Assembly (NCBI GenBank): GCA_963781485.1
Contig: CAWAFY010000004.1
Span: forward strand, 218,445 to 282,444
From: an uncultured Alphaproteobacteria bacterium
GTDB taxonomy: Bacteria > Pseudomonadota > Alphaproteobacteria > Sphingomonadales > Sphingomonadaceae
DNA length: 64,000 bases
Direction of reading: 5' to 3'
The notes beneath the pieces were generated by a model that searched no databases, had not been told where the DNA came from, and saw nothing but the letters and a program-made list of their open reading frames with translations. The position numbers and the translations under genes were made by a program. Shown here piece by piece: positions 10,457 to 20,599 of the stretch. Position 1 is the first letter of the stretch. The number at the start of each line of letters is the position of its first letter.

Positions 10457-13144
10457 ATGAAGGCACGCGAAACAGCCGGCAATTTGCACCGGCCAGGTCT
10501 GGCGAAGCTGGGCCTGTCGCTCCTCTGCGGAACGATGCTCGCCGGCATACCGGTCGCAGCGATGGCGCAGGACGCTCCCCCGCAATCGGCGCAAGCCGCT
10601 GCGCCGCAATCGGATGTCATCCGCACCATCGCCGTTGCGGGTGCCGAGCGCCTAGAGCCGCAAACGATCGTGTCGTACATCCGCCTGCGTACCGGTCAGG
10701 TCTATACCCAGGCTGCCGCCGACCAGGCGCTGAAAGACCTGTACGCGACCGAGTTGTTTGCGAGCGCCAGCATTGCCAATAACAACGGCGATGTGGTGAT
10801 CACCGTGGTGGAGAACCCGGTGATCAACCGGATCGTGCTTGAGGGCAACAAGCGGATCAAGAACGACAAGATCCTGCCCGAGATCAAGCTGGCCCCGCGC
10901 CAGATATTCACCCGCTCGAAAGTCCGCGCAGACGTCTCGCGGATCGTCGAGCTTTACAAGCGACAGGGCCGTTTCGCCGCGACGGTCGAACCGAAGATGG
11001 TCGAACTCTCGCAGAACCGCGTGGATGTCGTTTTCGAGATCAACGAGGGGCCGAAGTCGAAGGTCCGCCAGATCAACATCATTGGCAACGAGGCGTTTTC
11101 GGACGGTGAGTTGCGAAGTGAGATGGTGACCAAGCAGGCGCGGCCGACGCGTTTCTTTTCCTCCCGCACGAGCTACGACCCGGACCGGCTCGCCTTCGAC
11201 CAGCAGAAGCTGCGCCAGTTTTACCTGACCGAAGGTTACGCCGATTTCCGGGTGGTTTCGGCTGTTGCCGAGCTGACCCCCGACAAGCGCGATTTCATCA
11301 TCACCTACGTGGTCGAGGAAGGGCAGCGCTACAAGTTCGGCGACGTCGCGGTGCAGAGCGAACTGCGCGATTTCTCGAGCGACGGGCTGACCAAGAATCT
11401 GCCGATGCACGAGGGCGACTGGTACAACGCCAAACAGGTCGAAGACACCTCGGATCAGTTCAAGGAACTTGCCGGCACTTTCGGCTACGCGTTTGCCGAA
11501 GTCGATCCGCAGTTCAAGCGGAACAAGGACGACCTGACGATGGACGTCAGCTTCGTTCTCCGCGAGGCACCGCGGGTCTATGTCGAGCGGGTCGATGTCA
11601 ACGGCAACACGCTCACTCAGGACAAGGTGGTACGCCGCGAGTTCCGCCTTGTCGAAGGCGATGCCTTCAATTCGCTGCAGGTCAAACGTTCGGAAAACCG
11701 GATCAAATCGCTGGGCTTCTTCCAGGAGAACTTCGAAATATCCCAGAAGGAAGGCACGACCCCCGACCGGATCGCGCTTGAGGCCAATGTCGAGGAACAG
11801 GCAACTGGTCAGCTTCAGCTGTCGGCCGGATTCTCCTCAATCGAAAGCTTCATCCTTGCCGCGTCAATCCAGCAACGTAACTTCCGCGGTCGCGGCCAGA
11901 CCGTTGGCGCGGGCGTTAACTATTCACGCTATTCCAAGAGCGCGAATCTCAGTTTTTCTGAGCCGTACGTCTTCGATCGTAATATCTCGGCGGGGATCGA
12001 CATCTATCGTCGCGACCTCAACAGCTTCAATTACCTCAACAGCAATCGCAACACGACCTTCCAGCAGAGCACGACCGGCGCGCAGCTGCGCTTGGGTGTG
12101 CCGCTGACGGAATACACGTCGCTGGTCGGCAGTTACACGCTGAACTTCGACGACGTCTCGCTCGACAAAAGCCAGTTCTTCTCGAATCGCCTCGATCCGC
12201 CGAACCTGACGTGTGATCCCCTGCTTGCCGGCCGTTACCTGTGCGAAGCGGTGGGAAAACGTACCAGTTCCATTCTCGGGCTGACGTTTGCATACAATTC
12301 GCTCAACAGTCGATTGCGTCCCACGAGCGGCAGGTCGGCGTCCCTCACCGGCGAGTTCGCCGGGCTGGGCGGGTCGGTGAAGTACGCTCGCCTGCGCGGC
12401 AAGGCAGCGCAGTACTGGGGAATCGGCAAGGGCTTCATCTTCTCGATCCAGGCCGAAGGCGGCGCAATCGAGCCAATCGGCGGCGGCTCGGTCCAGTTGA
12501 CCGATCGGTTCTTCCTCGGTGAGCCGCAAATTCGCGGGTTCGATATCCGCGGGGTAGGTCCCCGCGTGCTTCGCCAGCCGATCATCGCCGACCCGGCAAG
12601 CCCCGACCTTAATAATCCCAATCCGTTGGTCGTCACCGATCGCAACCGGGTGTCGGACGACGCCTTGGGCGGCCAATTCTACTATCTAGGCCGTGCCGAA
12701 CTCGAAATTCCGCTGGGCAGCGGCGTCAAGGAATTGGGCCTACGCCCCTCCATCTTCGCCGACATCGGTGCCTTGTGGGGTGGGCGCAAGCCCGTGCTCA
12801 CGACCAGCCCGTTCCCGGGAGGATTCGACTTCCCACAGCGCGATGGCAGCGGAAATCAACTTTATACCCAGACCGTGATCAATGCCGACGGCACCAGTTC
12901 GAGCACTCTCGTGACGAATCCAATCGCGCCTGACGGCTCGGCCAATGTGGCGTTGGTCAACACAATACCGCCGTTTCAGGAAGTCTACCTGGGTGACAGC
13001 CCGAGCCCGCGCGTTTCGGTGGGCATCGGGGTTAACTGGAACTCGCCCTTCGGTCCGTTCAGGATCGATTTCTCTCAAGTCCTGTTGAAGCAGCCCGGTG
13101 ATGACACCAAGCGCTTCACGTTCAACGTAGGAACACAATTCTGA
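10457..13144 (+). CDS. bamA: outer membrane protein assembly factor BamA
   Basis: About 895 aa. Signal peptide (LLCGTMLAGIPVAAMAQ), POTRA-type repeats and a C-terminal beta-barrel ending FTFNVGTQF. Conserved position after rseP. Confidence 0.92.
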   Translation: MKARETAGNLHRPGLAKLGLSLLCGTMLAGIPVAAMAQDAPPQSAQAAAPQSDVIRTIAVAGAERLEPQTIVSYIRLRTGQVYTQAAADQALKDLYATELFASASIANNNGDVVITVVENPVINRIVLEGNKRIKNDKILPEIKLAPRQIFTRSKVRADVSRIVELYKRQGRFAATVEPKMVELSQNRVDVVFEINEGPKSKVRQINIIGNEAFSDGELRSEMVTKQARPTRFFSSRTSYDPDRLAFDQQKLRQFYLTEGYADFRVVSAVAELTPDKRDFIITYVVEEGQRYKFGDVAVQSELRDFSSDGLTKNLPMHEGDWYNAKQVEDTSDQFKELAGTFGYAFAEVDPQFKRNKDDLTMDVSFVLREAPRVYVERVDVNGNTLTQDKVVRREFRLVEGDAFNSLQVKRSENRIKSLGFFQENFEISQKEGTTPDRIALEANVEEQATGQLQLSAGFSSIESFILAASIQQRNFRGRGQTVGAGVNYSRYSKSANLSFSEPYVFDRNISAGIDIYRRDLNSFNYLNSNRNTTFQQSTTGAQLRLGVPLTEYTSLVGSYTLNFDDVSLDKSQFFSNRLDPPNLTCDPLLAGRYLCEAVGKRTSSILGLTFAYNSLNSRLRPTSGRSASLTGEFAGLGGSVKYARLRGKAAQYWGIGKGFIFSIQAEGGAIEPIGGGSVQLTDRFFLGEPQIRGFDIRGVGPRVLRQPIIADPASPDLNNPNPLVVTDRNRVSDDALGGQFYYLGRAELEIPLGSGVKELGLRPSIFADIGALWGGRKPVLTTSPFPGGFDFPQRDGSGNQLYTQTVINADGTSSSTLVTNPIAPDGSANVALVNTIPPFQEVYLGDSPSPRVSVGIGVNWNSPFGPFRIDFSQVLLKQPGDDTKRFTFNVGTQF

Positions 13145-13806
13145 TGACTATTTTCTCGAAGAGTCTGCTCGCCGCGGGCGTCGCCTTCGCTGCGCTTTCG
13201 CCGATCGCCGCCGCGCCCGCGTCCGCGCAGATCGTCAAGGGCATCGGCGTCGTCAGCCTGCCGGCCGTCGTCGCAAATTCAAACGCTTATAAGGTCGGTG
13301 AGCAGCAGCGCCCGGTCACCTACAAGCCGCAGATCGATGCTGCCGAAGCGCGCCGCGCCGCGATCTCCGCGCAACTCCAGCCGCTGGTCGACAAGTTCAA
13401 CAAGGACCGCCAGGCCAATCCCACCAACCCCGCGCTGCAGCAGCAGGCAGCGACAATTCAGCAAATTCAGCAGTCCGGCCAGCAGGAATTGCAGCAGTTG
13501 GTCCAGCCGGTCGCTCTGAGCCAGGCCTATGTCACCGAGCAGATCGAGGACAAGCTCGATGCTGCGGTGCAGGCCGCCGCGAAGAAGAAGGGTGTCCAGC
13601 TGATTCTGGACCCGACGCAGGGCGCGGTGCTTTATGCGGACGCGGCCTACAACATGACGCAGGACGTGCTGAACGAACTCAACGCGTTGCTTCCTTCGGC
13701 GCAGCTGGTGCCGCCGCAGGGCTGGGTCCCGCGTCAGGTGCGCGAGCAGCAGGCTGCGCAGGGCCAGGCACCGACGACCAACCCGCCAGCCACGAGCGGC
13801 CGCTGA
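13144..13806 (+). CDS. OmpH/Skp family periplasmic chaperone
   Basis: Signal peptide plus a Q-rich coiled-coil body. ATGA overlap with bamA. Conserved bamA-skp synteny. Confidence 0.85.
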   Translation: MTIFSKSLLAAGVAFAALSPIAAAPASAQIVKGIGVVSLPAVVANSNAYKVGEQQRPVTYKPQIDAAEARRAAISAQLQPLVDKFNKDRQANPTNPALQQQAATIQQIQQSGQQELQQLVQPVALSQAYVTEQIEDKLDAAVQAAAKKKGVQLILDPTQGAVLYADAAYNMTQDVLNELNALLPSAQLVPPQGWVPRQVREQQAAQGQAPTTNPPATSGR

Positions 13807-13813
13807 TCGAGCG

Positions 13814-14296
13814 ATGACGGAGGCAGGGCTGATGAGCGAGGGCAGCGCAAACGCGTACGATATCCTCAAGGTGCTCAAGGCCCTGCCACACCGCTATCCG
13901 CTGTTGCTGGTCGATCGGGTAAAATCGATCGAACTGGGCGAACGTATTCATGCGGTGAAGGCAGTCTCTTTTAACGAGCAGTTCTTCCAGGGTCATTTTC
14001 CCGGTCGCCCCATCATGCCGGGTGTCTTGCAGATCGAGGCGCTGGCGCAGGCCGCTGGCGTTCTCGGGATCGAGAGTTTCGAGCTGGCGGGATCGGGCAA
14101 GCTGGTGATCTTCATGGCGATCGACAACGCCAAGTTTCGTGCGCCTGTGGAGCCGGGCTGTCTGCTCGACCTTGAGGTGGAGTTCACCCGCAAGAGCAGC
14201 CGGGTCTGCAAATTCAAGGGCCGCGCGAGCGTGGACGGCAATACGACCTGCGAGGTCGACTTCACCGCGATGATCGCCGACCCGCCGAAGGACTGA
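13814..14296 (+). CDS. fabZ: 3-hydroxyacyl-ACP dehydratase FabZ
   Basis: [13 protein letters not shown] and [20 protein letters not shown] motifs. Confidence 0.94.
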   Translation: MTEAGLMSEGSANAYDILKVLKALPHRYPLLLVDRVKSIELGERIHAVKAVSFNEQFFQGHFPGRPIMPGVLQIEALAQAAGVLGIESFELAGSGKLVIFMAIDNAKFRAPVEPGCLLDLEVEFTRKSSRVCKFKGRASVDGNTTCEVDFTAMIADPPKD

Positions 14297-14395
14297 TCGC
14301 CGCTTGCCAAATCGCGCTCCCGTCGTTAGGGGCGCGCCTTTCCCGAAACAGCCTGACCGGTCGGAACCGGTCTGACGCTAACGGAGCATTATGCC

Positions 14396-14620
14396 ATGAA
14401 GGCCGATACGCACCCCGATTACCACATGATTACCGTCAAGATGACCGATGGTAGCGAATTCCAGACCCGGTCGACCTGGGGCGCCGAGGGCGACACGCTC
14501 TCGCTCGACATCGACCCGACGAGCCACCCGGCATGGACCGGTGGCAAGCAGCAGCTCCAGGAAGGCGGCCGCGTGGCCAAGTTCAACCAGCGCTTCGGCG
14601 GGCTTTCGCTCAAGAAGTAA
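14396..14620 (+). CDS. rpmE: 50S ribosomal protein L31
   Basis: [22 protein letters not shown]...[10 protein letters not shown] is typical L31. Confidence 0.93.
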   Translation: MKADTHPDYHMITVKMTDGSEFQTRSTWGAEGDTLSLDIDPTSHPAWTGGKQQLQEGGRVAKFNQRFGGLSLKK

Positions 14621-14646
14621 GCCTGGCGCAGCCATGTATTCGAGAG

Positions 14647-14677
14647 GGGCGGTCCTGCGGGGCCGCCCTTGTCGTTT
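14647..14677. terminator. hairpin terminator between convergent rpmE and the oxygenase gene
   Basis: GGGCGGTCC-tgcg-GGGCCGCCC stem-loop followed by a T-rich tract (ttgtcgttt). Confidence 0.6.
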
Positions 14678-14736
14678 ATCGCACCGAGAGAGTGGGTTGC
14701 AGAGCTGCGCGCCGTCCGCTCAGCGCGACCCACAGG

Positions 14737-15405
14737 TCATCCCCATGGCTTCTCGCGATACCATTTCGTGATGACATATTTTACGCCTTTGCGCACCTTC
14801 ATCCCGTGATGGAGCGTATTGGGGTTAGGGCGGCCATCGGGCCTGCGGTTGTCCCAAGCGAGCAGCTTGCCGGGTTCCGGCTGGATGATCTTCTTCGGCA
14901 CGCTGAACCGCGTCCCGCCGCCTGCTTCGACCCGATTGAGGTAGATCATGAAGGTCCAGGTCCGCTGGCCCGCAACCGAACAATATCGTGCGAAATCGGC
15001 GCCGTCTGGCTCAAAGTAGTCGGTGTGCGGCTTGAACTCCTGTCCCACCGCGTAACGCTGGCCCTGCACCGGTTCGCCGTGCGCGGGATCAATATGATTG
15101 AGTGCGAACAATAGCGCCTCGAGGTCGCGCACCGCAGGCTCGTCGGGATCAAGATCGCACGTTTCGCTGGTGCGAAAATACTGATCGCCGTTCGGATCGG
15201 CGATCGTCGATGGGCGGCGGTTGGTATCGATCAGCGCGATCAGACCTGCGCACAAGCTGGCGGGCAGGAATCCGCGCATCTGGAACAAATCGAGCTTGGG
15301 AAACGGGGCGCGCTGGATTCCGCTGCGCTTCAGCAGAATGTCGGTCGAGGATTTGCCGGGTGCGACCATCGGCACTCCGATAGAGTAATCCGGGCGGCGA
15401 AACAA
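14737..15405 (-). CDS. 2OG-Fe(II) oxygenase, prolyl 4-hydroxylase-like
   Basis: HTDYF (HxD) ... HHGMKVRKGVKYVITKW, typical of the P4H-type dioxygenase fold. The start may be the internal M at aa 13. Confidence 0.8.
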   Translation of the reverse strand: MFRRPDYSIGVPMVAPGKSSTDILLKRSGIQRAPFPKLDLFQMRGFLPASLCAGLIALIDTNRRPSTIADPNGDQYFRTSETCDLDPDEPAVRDLEALLFALNHIDPAHGEPVQGQRYAVGQEFKPHTDYFEPDGADFARYCSVAGQRTWTFMIYLNRVEAGGGTRFSVPKKIIQPEPGKLLAWDNRRPDGRPNPNTLHHGMKVRKGVKYVITKWYREKPWG

Positions 15406-15548
15406 TCTTGCGTGAGCGATCCCGACGCGCAGTTTTCGCTTCCCAAATCACAGGCCTTATGCAACAGGCGCTCGCCCGCACGGGAACCGCCTTGACGGCT
15501 CCTTGCGCGGCTTTCATGGCCCCCCATCACGGCATGCCGGGGGCATGT

Positions 15549-15626
15549 GGCGATCGTAGCTCAGTTGGTTAGAGCGCCGGTTTGTGGTACCGGAGGTCGG
15601 GGGTTCGAGACCCCTCGATCGCCCCA
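15549..15626 (+). tRNA. tRNA-His (GTG) with encoded G-1, C73 and CCA
   Basis: Hand-folded cloverleaf. Acceptor stem GCGATCG/CGATCGC, anticodon arm CCGGT-TTGTGGT-ACCGG, T-loop TTCGAGA. The extra 5' G pairs with discriminator C. Confidence 0.9.
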
Positions 15627-15675
15627 TTTCCCCCTGTCGATTGCCATACGATTCCAGCGCGATGCGGGGACTTTC

Positions 15676-16737
15676 ATGACGGCTTTCTGGACCCAGGCAG
15701 ATTATGACGATCACGAGCTGGTGCAGCTCGTCCGCGATCGCAAGTCGGGCCTCACCGCAATTATCGCGCTGCATTCCACGCACCTTGGCCCAGGCGCGGG
15801 TGGCACACGGTTCTGGCATTATGCTGATCCGGCGGACGGCCTGCGTGACGCGCTGCGGCTCAGCCGCGGAATGAGCTACAAGAACGCCATGGCCGGACTT
15901 CCGATGGGCGGCGGCAAGGCGGTGATTCTGGCCGACAAGGCGTGCACCAAGAGCCCTGAGTTGCTTGCCGCGTTTGGCGATGCGGTGGACGCGCTCGGGG
16001 GAAGCTATGTGACGGCCGAAGATGTTGGCATCAGCGAAGCGGACATGGTCGCCGTGTCGCAACGAACGCAGTATGTTTCGGGCCTGCCGGTCGGAGAAGG
16101 CCAGGCGGGTGGTGACCCCGGTCCCTTCACCGCGATGGGCATCTATCACGGAATCAAGGCCGCGGTCGCGCACAAGCTGGGCAAGGACAGCCTGGAAGGT
16201 GTGCGGGTGGCAGTGCAGGGAACCGGCAGCGTCGGAGGTGGAGTTGCCCGGCTGCTGCACAAGGATGGCGCGCGTCTAATCGTCGCCGACGTCGACGAAG
16301 CGCGCGCGAGGACTCTTGCCAAGGAAGTCGACGGGGAAGCGGTGAGTCCCGAGCAGATCATGTCGGTTGCTTGTGACGTGTTCAGTCCTAACGCACTCGG
16401 CGCAATCCTCGACGACGCCGGGATCGCCGCGCTCGATTGTCCTATCGTGGCGGGCGGGGCGAACAACCAGCTTGCGCGCGGAGAGCACGGCCGACTGCTG
16501 GCGGAGCGCGGCATCCTCTACGCGCCGGACTATGTCATCAATGCGGGCGGAATCATCTCAGTGACGCTCGAATACCTCGCTCGCATCAGCGACGAGTTGT
16601 GCGACATCAACGAGGTCCGCAAACGCATCGCCCAGATCCCCGAGCGGCTGCGCACGATCTGGGAACAGAGCGAATCTACGGGCGCTTCGTCCGACCAGGT
16701 GGCCGATCGCATGGCGCAGAAGCTGATAGGGCGGTAA
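15676..16737 (+). CDS. Glu/Leu/Phe/Val dehydrogenase family protein (leucine dehydrogenase-like)
   Basis: GPGAGGTRFWHY, MSYKNAMAGLPMGGGKAVI and VAVQGTGSVGGGVARLL Rossmann motifs. ATG at 15676. The upstream part of the track ORF is the tRNA. Confidence 0.85.
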   Translation: MTAFWTQADYDDHELVQLVRDRKSGLTAIIALHSTHLGPGAGGTRFWHYADPADGLRDALRLSRGMSYKNAMAGLPMGGGKAVILADKACTKSPELLAAFGDAVDALGGSYVTAEDVGISEADMVAVSQRTQYVSGLPVGEGQAGGDPGPFTAMGIYHGIKAAVAHKLGKDSLEGVRVAVQGTGSVGGGVARLLHKDGARLIVADVDEARARTLAKEVDGEAVSPEQIMSVACDVFSPNALGAILDDAGIAALDCPIVAGGANNQLARGEHGRLLAERGILYAPDYVINAGGIISVTLEYLARISDELCDINEVRKRIAQIPERLRTIWEQSESTGASSDQVADRMAQKLIGR

Positions 16738-16801
16738 TTCAGCCCTCCGGCCCCTTGCCGCATGTGGCGGGGACTGCCAAAGCGAAGCCGACGGTTATCC
16801 G

Positions 16802-17521
16802 ATGCATGGCTTCGCCAATCCCACGCGCTTCCTGAGCATTGCCCGCCCGCTGACTCCATGGCTTCTTGGCCTCGGACTGGCGCTTGCGGGAGGGGCGCTC
16901 GCGTGGGGTCTTACGGTGGCCCCGGCCGAGCGCTTGCAGGGAGAGACGGTGCGCATCCTGTTCATCCACGTACCCAGCGCCTGGCTCGGAATGGCCGGCT
17001 GGACGGCAATCGCGGGAGCAAGCTTCGCCGAGCTCGTCTGGCGCCATCCGCTCGCTGCGATCGCGGGCCGTGCGGCGGCATTACCCGGCGCGGTGTTCAC
17101 CGCACTGTGCCTTGCCACCGGCTCGCTGTGGGGACGGCCCGCATGGGGCACCTGGTGGGAATGGGACGGGCGCCTGACCAGCATGCTGGTGCTGCTATTT
17201 CTTTATTTTGGTTACATGGCGCTGGCTGGAGCGACCGCGCGCGAGGGCGGTTCTTCGCGGATACCTGCGATCTTTGGCATCGTCGGCGTGATCAACGTGC
17301 CGGTCATCCACTATTCGGTGCTGTGGTGGTCGTCGATCCACCAAGCGCCAAGCATCACCACCGGCGGTTCAGCGATGGCACCGGCGTTCCTTTGGCCGCT
17401 ACTCGTCGCGACGCTGGGTTTCACATTGCTGTTTGCCGCGGTCGTGCTCATGCGGATGCGGGCCCTCCTCGCCGAAGCGCAAGTCGAAGCGCGGTTGCGC
17501 CGCCGGGCGCGCGAGGGCTGA
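16802..17521 (+). CDS. ccmC: heme exporter protein CcmC
   Basis: WGTWWEWDGRLTS tryptophan-rich (WWD) motif in a polytopic membrane protein. Confidence 0.92.
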   Translation: MHGFANPTRFLSIARPLTPWLLGLGLALAGGALAWGLTVAPAERLQGETVRILFIHVPSAWLGMAGWTAIAGASFAELVWRHPLAAIAGRAAALPGAVFTALCLATGSLWGRPAWGTWWEWDGRLTSMLVLLFLYFGYMALAGATAREGGSSRIPAIFGIVGVINVPVIHYSVLWWSSIHQAPSITTGGSAMAPAFLWPLLVATLGFTLLFAAVVLMRMRALLAEAQVEARLRRRAREG

Positions 17522-17659
17522 ATGCGCGAGGCGCTTGATCCCTGGCCCTTCGTGATCGCCGCCTATAGTCTGGGCATCGTGACGACAGCGGTGATGATCG
17601 GGTGGAGCTGGTTGGCGATGCGTCGCGCCGAACGGCGGCGTGAGGAGGCTCGTAAGTGA
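17522..17659 (+). CDS. ccmD: heme exporter protein CcmD
   Basis: 45-aa single-TM ORF (MREALDPWPFVIAAYSLGIVTTAVMIGWSWLAMRRAERRREEARK), too short for the ORF track. Lies between ccmC and ccmE and its stop overlaps the ccmE GTG. Confidence 0.8.
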   Translation: MREALDPWPFVIAAYSLGIVTTAVMIGWSWLAMRRAERRREEARK

Positions 17660-18129
17660 GTGACGCTACCCCTCGGCGACCGAAGGCCAAGCACCAGCGC
17701 CTGGCACTGGTCGTATTGGCGCTCGTCGCGCTCGTCGCCGCCGCAGTGATCGCCACTTGGGCGCTGCGCAATCAGGCGAGCTATTTCTACGTCCCCAGCC
17801 AGATCGTGAAGGATCCACCGGCCGCAGGCCATGCGGTGCGCCTTGGCGGCATGGTCGAGACCGATTCGATCGTGACTTAGAAAGACGGGGTAACGATCGA
17901 TTTTGTGGTCGGTGACGGCGATGCGAGGGTGCCGGTGCGGTATTCGGGAATCGTGCCCGACCTGTTCGTCGAGGGATCGGGCGTGGTTGCCGAGGGCCGG
18001 ATGCAGGCGAACGGAACTTTCATTGCAGACACACTGCTCGCCAAACACGACGAGAACTACGTGCCGCGCGAACTCGAAGCGATGACCGCAGCGCAGAAAA
18101 AAGCCGCAGTGGCCGAGACCCAGCCATGA
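17656..18129 (+). pseudogene. ccmE: cytochrome c-type biogenesis heme chaperone CcmE, interrupted by an in-frame TAG at 17878-17880
   Basis: Track ORFs 17656..17880 and 17905..18129 are in the same frame. Read across the TAG they give one contiguous CcmE (...[40 protein letters not shown]...[10 protein letters not shown]). Confidence 0.88.
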
Positions 18130-20072
18130 TTTCGGAACTGGGACTGGCAGCATTGTGGCTCGCCGCGGCACTGGCCGCGTTGCAGCTTGTGACCGGATTC
18201 CTCGCTGTGCGTCAGGGCGATGGTGAGATCGCATCCATCGTGCGCCCCGCAGCGGCACTCCAGGGCGTGCTGTGCGCATTTGCCTTCGTGATGCTCGTCT
18301 GGCTGTTCGCACGGACCGACCTCTCGGTGAAACTTGTCGCGATGAACTCGCACTCGGACAAGCCGCTGATTTTCAAGATTGCTGGCGCATGGGGCAATCA
18401 CGAAGGGTCGATGCTGCTGTGGGTCACCGTGATGAGCGCCGCTGGCGCGCTGATTGCACTGATCGAAAAGCGGCTGCCCGAACGCACGATGCAGGCGACC
18501 CTGGCCGCGCAAGGCTTTGTCGCGCTTGGATTCTATGCGTTCCTGCTGTTCAGCTCCAATCCGTTCGAGCGGCTGCCGATACCCGCGATCGAGGGCAACG
18601 GCCTTAACCCGCTTCTGCAGGACATCGGCCTCGCGTTCCACCCGCCCACGCTCTACCTCGGTTATGTCGGACTTTCGGTCGCGTTCAGTTTCGCGGTCGG
18701 TGCCCTACTCACGCGGCAGGTCACGCCCGACTTTGCCCGGGCGATGCGACCGTGGGTGCTCGGCGCCTGGATATTTCTCACCGTCGGGATCACCGCGGGC
18801 AGCTACTGGGCTTACTACGAGCTCGGCTGGGGCGGCTGGTGGTTCTGGGACCCGGTCGAAAATGCCAGTTTGATGCCCTGGCTCGCCGCCACCGCGTTGC
18901 TCCATTCCTGTTCGGTCCTCGCCGCAAGGGACGCCCTGCGGGCATGGACGATCATGCTGGGTGTGGTCGCATTCTCGATGAGCATGATCGGCACCTTCTT
19001 GGTGCGATCTGGCATCCTCACGAGCGTTCATGCCTTTGCCGTCGATCCCGAGCGCGGGACATTCATCCTTGCCCTGTTGGCGATCTACATCGGCGGCGCG
19101 CTCGCGGTGTTCGGTCTGCGCGCGGGATCGGTCGCGGAAGGTGAGAAATTCGAGGCTGTCAGCCGCGAAGGCGCGCTGGTCGTCAACAACGTACTCCTTT
19201 CGGCGATACTCGGTATTGTACTGCTCGGCACGCTGTACCCGCTTCTGACCGAGGCGATGGGCGTGCGGGTTTCGGTCGGACCGCCATATTTCAACCCTGT
19301 CGCCGCGATTTTCGTCGTTCCGATGCTGGTAGTGATGATGGTCGGCCCGTTACTGCGCTGGCGCCGCGACAGGCTTGGCCGGGTGAAGAAGATTGCGGTT
19401 ATCGCGCCAGCCCTGGCGCTTGTGGTCGCTCTCTTGATCGCCGCGCTGATGGGCATCGCCATCCTCCCGATCATTGGGCTGGCATTGGGCGTGGGGCTGG
19501 CCGTGGCCGCGATCATGCCGCTCAAGGGGCGCAACTTGCGCCGTCTGCCGCTGGCGACCTGGGGCATGGTGATCGCTCACTTCGGCATTGCGGTGGCACT
19601 TCTTGGAATGGCAAGCGAGAGCGCATTCAGCGAAGAGCGCCTGGCCGCCATCAAGGTCGGCGAGAACGCTTCGGTCGGTCCATGGCAGGTGACGCTCGCC
19701 GCGGTCGATCCGGTCGCCGGACCCAACTGGACCGCGCTCGAGGGCGTGATGCTTGCCAAATACGAGGGGGCTGCGCCGATTGAGCTTCGTGCCCAGGCGC
19801 GCAGTTTCTGGTCGCCGCAGCAGGAAACCACCGAAAGCGCGCTGGCAACGCGCTGGAACGGCCAACTCTACGCGGTGCTGGGTAAGGCCGCCGACGGTGA
19901 GCGCTGGCAGGTGCGTTTGTGGTGGAAGCCGTTTGTCACGCTGATCTGGTATGGCGGCCTGCTGGTCGCTTTGGGGGGAGCGCTCGCCTTGGTCGGCCGG
20001 GTGCGCGACGATCTGCGGAGACGCTACGTGACGCGCAAGGCGGCGGAACGCCGGGAAGGGGCGATTGCGTGA
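18126..20072 (+). CDS. ccmF: heme lyase CcmF
   Basis: 648-aa polytopic protein with [23 protein letters not shown] overlap with ccmE. Confidence 0.93.
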   Translation: MISELGLAALWLAAALAALQLVTGFLAVRQGDGEIASIVRPAAALQGVLCAFAFVMLVWLFARTDLSVKLVAMNSHSDKPLIFKIAGAWGNHEGSMLLWVTVMSAAGALIALIEKRLPERTMQATLAAQGFVALGFYAFLLFSSNPFERLPIPAIEGNGLNPLLQDIGLAFHPPTLYLGYVGLSVAFSFAVGALLTRQVTPDFARAMRPWVLGAWIFLTVGITAGSYWAYYELGWGGWWFWDPVENASLMPWLAATALLHSCSVLAARDALRAWTIMLGVVAFSMSMIGTFLVRSGILTSVHAFAVDPERGTFILALLAIYIGGALAVFGLRAGSVAEGEKFEAVSREGALVVNNVLLSAILGIVLLGTLYPLLTEAMGVRVSVGPPYFNPVAAIFVVPMLVVMMVGPLLRWRRDRLGRVKKIAVIAPALALVVALLIAALMGIAILPIIGLALGVGLAVAAIMPLKGRNLRRLPLATWGMVIAHFGIAVALLGMASESAFSEERLAAIKVGENASVGPWQVTLAAVDPVAGPNWTALEGVMLAKYEGAAPIELRAQARSFWSPQQETTESALATRWNGQLYAVLGKAADGERWQVRLWWKPFVTLIWYGGLLVALGGALALVGRVRDDLRRRYVTRKAAERREGAIA

Positions 20073-20599
20073 CGGGTTGGCGCTTCTTCCTGCCGCTCGG
20101 GGTGTTCGCGACGTTCGTCGCCATCGCGGGGTATCAGCTGACCCAGCCAAAGGACGACTTCGTTCATTCGACGATGATCGGCCGGCCCATGCCGCAGTTC
20201 GCAATGCACCCGGCAAGCCCGGACCGTCCAGGCTTGGCGCTCGCCGATCTCAAGGATGGCACCCCCAAGCTGCTGAACATCTGGGCAAGCTGGTGCGTGC
20301 CGTGCGCCGCCGAGGCGCCGCAGCTTGCTGCATTGAAGGCGCAAGGCGCGCCCATCGTCAGCGTAGCGATCCGCGACCGCCCCGAGGACGTGACCAATTT
20401 CCTCGCCCGATATGGCAATCCGTTCGAGCGCATCGGGGCAGACGACCTAAGCGAGTTGCAAATCGCCATTGGCAGTTCGGGAGTGCCTGAAACCTTCGTC
20501 GTCGATGGCAACGGGATCATCCGGTACCAGCATATCGGTGACATTCGTGCCAACGACGTGCCGATGATCATGGATAAGCTTCGGGAGGCCGGGTCGTGA
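20069..20599 (+). CDS. ccmG: thiol:disulfide interchange protein CcmG/DsbE
   Basis: N-terminal TM anchor and thioredoxin motif WASWCVPC. The GTG start overlaps the ccmF stop (GTGA). Confidence 0.9.
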   Translation: MTGWRFFLPLGVFATFVAIAGYQLTQPKDDFVHSTMIGRPMPQFAMHPASPDRPGLALADLKDGTPKLLNIWASWCVPCAAEAPQLAALKAQGAPIVSVAIRDRPEDVTNFLARYGNPFERIGADDLSELQIAIGSSGVPETFVVDGNGIIRYQHIGDIRANDVPMIMDKLREAGS

